Source: a virus. Taken from it: 64,000 bases of DNA. The stretch spans positions 46,062 through 110,061 of IMG/VR virus record IMGVR_UViG_3300030333_002703, one strand, 5' to 3'. The translations under genes were made by a program, and so were the position numbers. The notes under the pieces are model-generated. The model did not search any database, was not told the DNA's origin, and was given only the letters and a program-made list of their open reading frames with translations. The first letter of the stretch is position 1, and each line of letters begins with the position of its first letter. Shown in pieces: positions 61,558 through 64,000 of the stretch.

Positions 61558-61689
61558 TCGGCCATCATTTCAACACCACCACTTGATGTATGCACATGGA
61601 ACAGTCATAGATTATGTTGTCATCATACCATGATACGGGAGACATCTCACCCCCACATTCGCACACCAAAAGTTGGACTCTTCGCGCAC

Positions 61690-61956
61690 TCATTCAACCA
61701 CCTCCAACTTATCCACTAATGCAATCTCAATGTAATCAGCCAATCCATCACCGCAGTATTCTATGTCAGACTTACGGTAACATTGAATCACATAGTCTTG
61801 AAGGTGATAATTCCATGCGACAATACCTTTCCACAAACGTGGGTTATCGTAGAAACGATACTGAACTATGTCACCCTCTTTGATACCCCATGCTCGCATG
61901 GCTGCTCTTGTTAATCCTGTTTGAACTTCCAATGCTTTGCGACCCATCTTACTCAT
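61690..61956 (-). CDS. Hypothetical protein (SH3/KOW-like beta pattern)
   Basis: IKEGDIVQY...KGIV. Confidence 0.5.
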   Translation of the reverse strand: MSKMGRKALEVQTGLTRAAMRAWGIKEGDIVQYRFYDNPRLWKGIVAWNYHLQDYVIQCYRKSDIEYCGDGLADYIEIALVDKLEVVE

Positions 61957-62058
61957 CTCCTAAACACCTCTTGCATATTCCAATTGTATAGTATGGTTCA
62001 AGTTGAAAGTGAATGTATTGACGACACTTCCTACAACCAGTATGTGAATCATACTGAT

Positions 62059-62385
62059 TCATTTCCATCCACCTCTTAGTGCATTGTTCTCAATGATTAA
62101 CCGTTCCAATGCCTTGCCATACTGTTCCATAGCATATGCAATTGTGCCTAGTCCCACCATGTTATCGAGGGATACTGGTCCTTGCCAGTGCAAATGCGGT
62201 TCATCACTTACTAGTTGCACCACGTTGGCCCATTGTTCGATTTCATCGACCACCATGCTAAAGTGTGGTACACCTGTCTGCATATTCAATTCGTCATCCA
62301 CAGTATGTGGGATACCATTGTCATGTTCCCATAGAACTGTTTCGCTTAGGTCTTGCTGTTCGTTTGTTTCGTTTTCGTTTGTCAT
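62059..62385 (-). CDS. Hypothetical protein
   Basis: ATGA-coupled, GGAG SD. Confidence 0.55.
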   Translation of the reverse strand: MTNENETNEQQDLSETVLWEHDNGIPHTVDDELNMQTGVPHFSMVVDEIEQWANVVQLVSDEPHLHWQGPVSLDNMVGLGTIAYAMEQYGKALERLIIENNALRGGWK

Positions 62386-62609
62386 ATATTCAACTCCTTT
62401 TCTTTCTTTGCCCATTCTTCTACTGCGGGTCCACCGTCTTCAAACTCCTCCAATGTTAATCCAACAGGCAAACCCTTTCTCCAACACCAAAGTACATGAT
62501 GGCGTTGTCTAATCTTTAGACCGGGTTGGCATTCGGAGCATTCACAATGCTCAACTGATTGCTCAACCCATTCATCACTAAGTTCTTCGGCCCAAATCTC
62601 ATCATCCAT
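62382..62609 (-). CDS. Small Cys/His protein
   Basis: HCECSEC...C. Confidence 0.5.
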   Translation of the reverse strand: MDDEIWAEELSDEWVEQSVEHCECSECQPGLKIRQRHHVLWCWRKGLPVGLTLEEFEDGGPAVEEWAKKEKELNI

Positions 62610-62611
62610 AT

Positions 62612-62842
62612 TTATTCCTCCTCATCTACGATGTTTACTTGTTCTGGGGTCAGGTCATCGTGGTCCCAATCAGTATCCCAGAAATCTTCAGCCATACATA
62701 CAGCACGAACTACGTCCATTTTGTTACCTGTTCGTTGGTATTCATCCCATACTTTCTTAGGAATAGTAGCACCAATCTGTTGGTATGCATATGAACTAAC
62801 ATCTATAGACACGGCAACCATGTCGTTGTTATCCTTACTCAT
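62612..62842 (-). CDS. Small acidic protein
   Basis: 76 aa, TAATG coupling. Confidence 0.55.
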   Translation of the reverse strand: MSKDNNDMVAVSIDVSSYAYQQIGATIPKKVWDEYQRTGNKMDVVRAVCMAEDFWDTDWDHDDLTPEQVNIVDEEE

Positions 62843-63213
62843 TATTCATCACCACCTAGGTCCATGATGGAACGGGGTGCATTGGAAATGCTACCACCAA
62901 GGTCCATGATAGAACGAACAGTTTCGGTAGCAATGTCTGGCTTGATGTCAAACAAATGTCGCCATTTCATGTAGGCAGGTCGTTGCTGTTCATTTACCAA
63001 GTTTCCATTATGTGTGTGTTCCTTCCAAAGGAAGATGTTGTGTCGGTTTTCACCACCACGGCCACCAGTTCTTTTGCATCCTTGCCAAAGGTATCTGGTG
63101 ATGTTCTGTCCGATATGAATGATGGGTTCACCATCACAGTCATTCCAGCAATCACATGGGGGTCTGTCGGCTTTCGGTTTTCGTTGTCGGTATCGTTGTT
63201 GTTTTCGGGGCAT
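62842..63213 (-). CDS. First gene of the minus arm, carries tandem SIMDLGG motifs
   Basis: ATG 63213 follows a conserved promoter. Ends RSIMDLGGSISNAPRSIMDLGGDE. Confidence 0.65.
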   Translation of the reverse strand: MPRKQQRYRQRKPKADRPPCDCWNDCDGEPIIHIGQNITRYLWQGCKRTGGRGGENRHNIFLWKEHTHNGNLVNEQQRPAYMKWRHLFDIKPDIATETVRSIMDLGGSISNAPRSIMDLGGDE

Positions 63214-63225
63214 TGTAATCACAAT

Positions 63226-63257
63226 CCAACATTGTTGGAAATTAAGGAGGATATAAA
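63226..63257 (-). promoter_or_regulatory. Conserved viral promoter, copy 8
   Basis: CCAACATTGTTGG-N7-GGAGGATATAAA. Confidence 0.85.
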
Positions 63258-63283
63258 CGGCGGGTCGATTTTGGGGGGTTGTC

Positions 63284-63409
63284 GTATCAATAATATCGGG
63301 TATCATATTGACTAATATCTTGTATCATAATCATTAGTATCCCTCGCGTGTATATCCATTGGTCAATGACTGTAATATCTATCCATATGATACTTAATAC
63401 AATTAATAC
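63284..63409. repeat. Inverted pair of 25-bp sites plus a partial tandem copy, candidate replication origin
   Basis: 63284-63308 and 63385-63409 are inverted. TAATATCnnGTATCATA occurs at 63291 and 63313. AT-rich and non-coding. Confidence 0.6.
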
Positions 63410-63842
63410 AAACCCTACTAGTATATCACTAGTTACCTACTAGTTAACTACCGCGTGTAGGCAGTTCCCTCGTAGGGAACTATCATCCTAATGAGCATCA
63501 TCGTAGGGGTTGGGATGATGGGAGGCCCATACTAGTAGGGGTTGATAGATAGGTCATGGCCTTGAATGAATGGGGTGGTAGTTCATAACCAAAAGGTCAG
63601 GAATCGAGGCCTCGACCTCGACACTAGAAACTATTTGCTACCAACCATATGGTTGGAGGCCTTGCCGAGGTTCTCTAAAACCGAGGCATGACTAAGGCCG
63701 ACAATCCGCCGAGGTCATCATCAACCTAGTAGGTAGTTTGAAACCTAGCCTAGTCTAACTGAACTATAGTCTGGACTGGCCTAATCAAAACAAATCAATG
63801 AACCGAGACCTTGGCATAGGCCAAGGTCAAGGATAGTATCAG

Positions 63843-63916
63843 GTGGGCGCACCTAGGCGAGGGAATCGAACCCTCTAGGTGAGTTGAAACCAAGGAAATA
63901 ACCTAGGTGCGCCCAC
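63843..63916 (-). ncRNA. tRNA-like RNA candidate (T-arm on a long stem)
   Basis: 15-bp perfect stem enclosing GAGGG-TTCGATT-CCCTC on the minus strand. Confidence 0.55.
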
Positions 63917-64000
63917 GCATGGAGTGGGCCTCCGGCCCACTAGAAGTAGGACTGCACAGGCACACGCCCGCGCGTAAAAAAAAGGGGTGGAGACGACGAC

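Noticed and set aside
27548-63257. GGAGGATATAAA read as a + strand Shine-Dalgarno sequence
   Set aside because: No credible + strand genes follow. Its reverse complement is a TATA box placed consistently upstream of minus-strand genes.
1787-63315. Numerous antisense and alternate-frame ORFs in the track (e.g. 26623-27306 +, 28123-28788 +, 33944-34651 +, 35815-36387 +)
   Set aside because: They lie wholly opposite or inside well-supported genes, lack recognisable motifs, and are expected shadows of codon bias.
63730-63891. CRISPR mini-array suggested by GTTGAAAC/GTTTGAAAC ends
   Set aside because: Only two short imperfect copies about 146 bp apart, with no regular repeat-spacer period.
63843-63916. 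Bona fide tRNA gene
   Set aside because: No anticodon arm or proper D-arm and no free 3' acceptor end. Kept only as a tRNA-like element.

Overview
This window looks like a large part of a tailed dsDNA archaeal virus genome. The gene content (TFB, group II chaperonin, PolB, clamp, clamp loader, RPA-like protein, AEP primase) is most consistent with a 'magrovirus' infecting Marine Group II/Poseidoniales archaea; this assignment is an inference from gene content. There are two convergent arms. Bases 1-22785 (+) are a virion module dominated by a ~6000-aa LamG-headed protein. Bases 22782-63213 (-) carry tfb, a thermosome, a replication/recombination block and a long array of small early genes (ArdA, SNF2/HARP helicase, DenV-like, DUF932, PC4-like). 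A non-coding, repeat- and hairpin-rich region follows at 63260-64000. The most notable signals read from the sequence are: (1) a short peptide motif SIM[DN][LW](GG) shared by six unrelated early proteins, plus canonical PIP boxes in a 59-aa microprotein; (2) eight copies of a 32-bp minus-strand promoter with TATA, CTCC and a fixed-distance 13-bp palindrome, alongside a single-cyclin mini-TFB; (3) a 25-bp site present as an inverted pair in the putative origin and once directly upstream of a LAGLIDADG-like gene; (4) a tRNA-like RNA and other structured intergenic RNAs; (5) an apparently inactive DNA ligase and a PolB with altered motifs; (6) apparent avoidance of GATC, AGCT and CCWGG. All family assignments come from motif recognition by eye, with no database searches.
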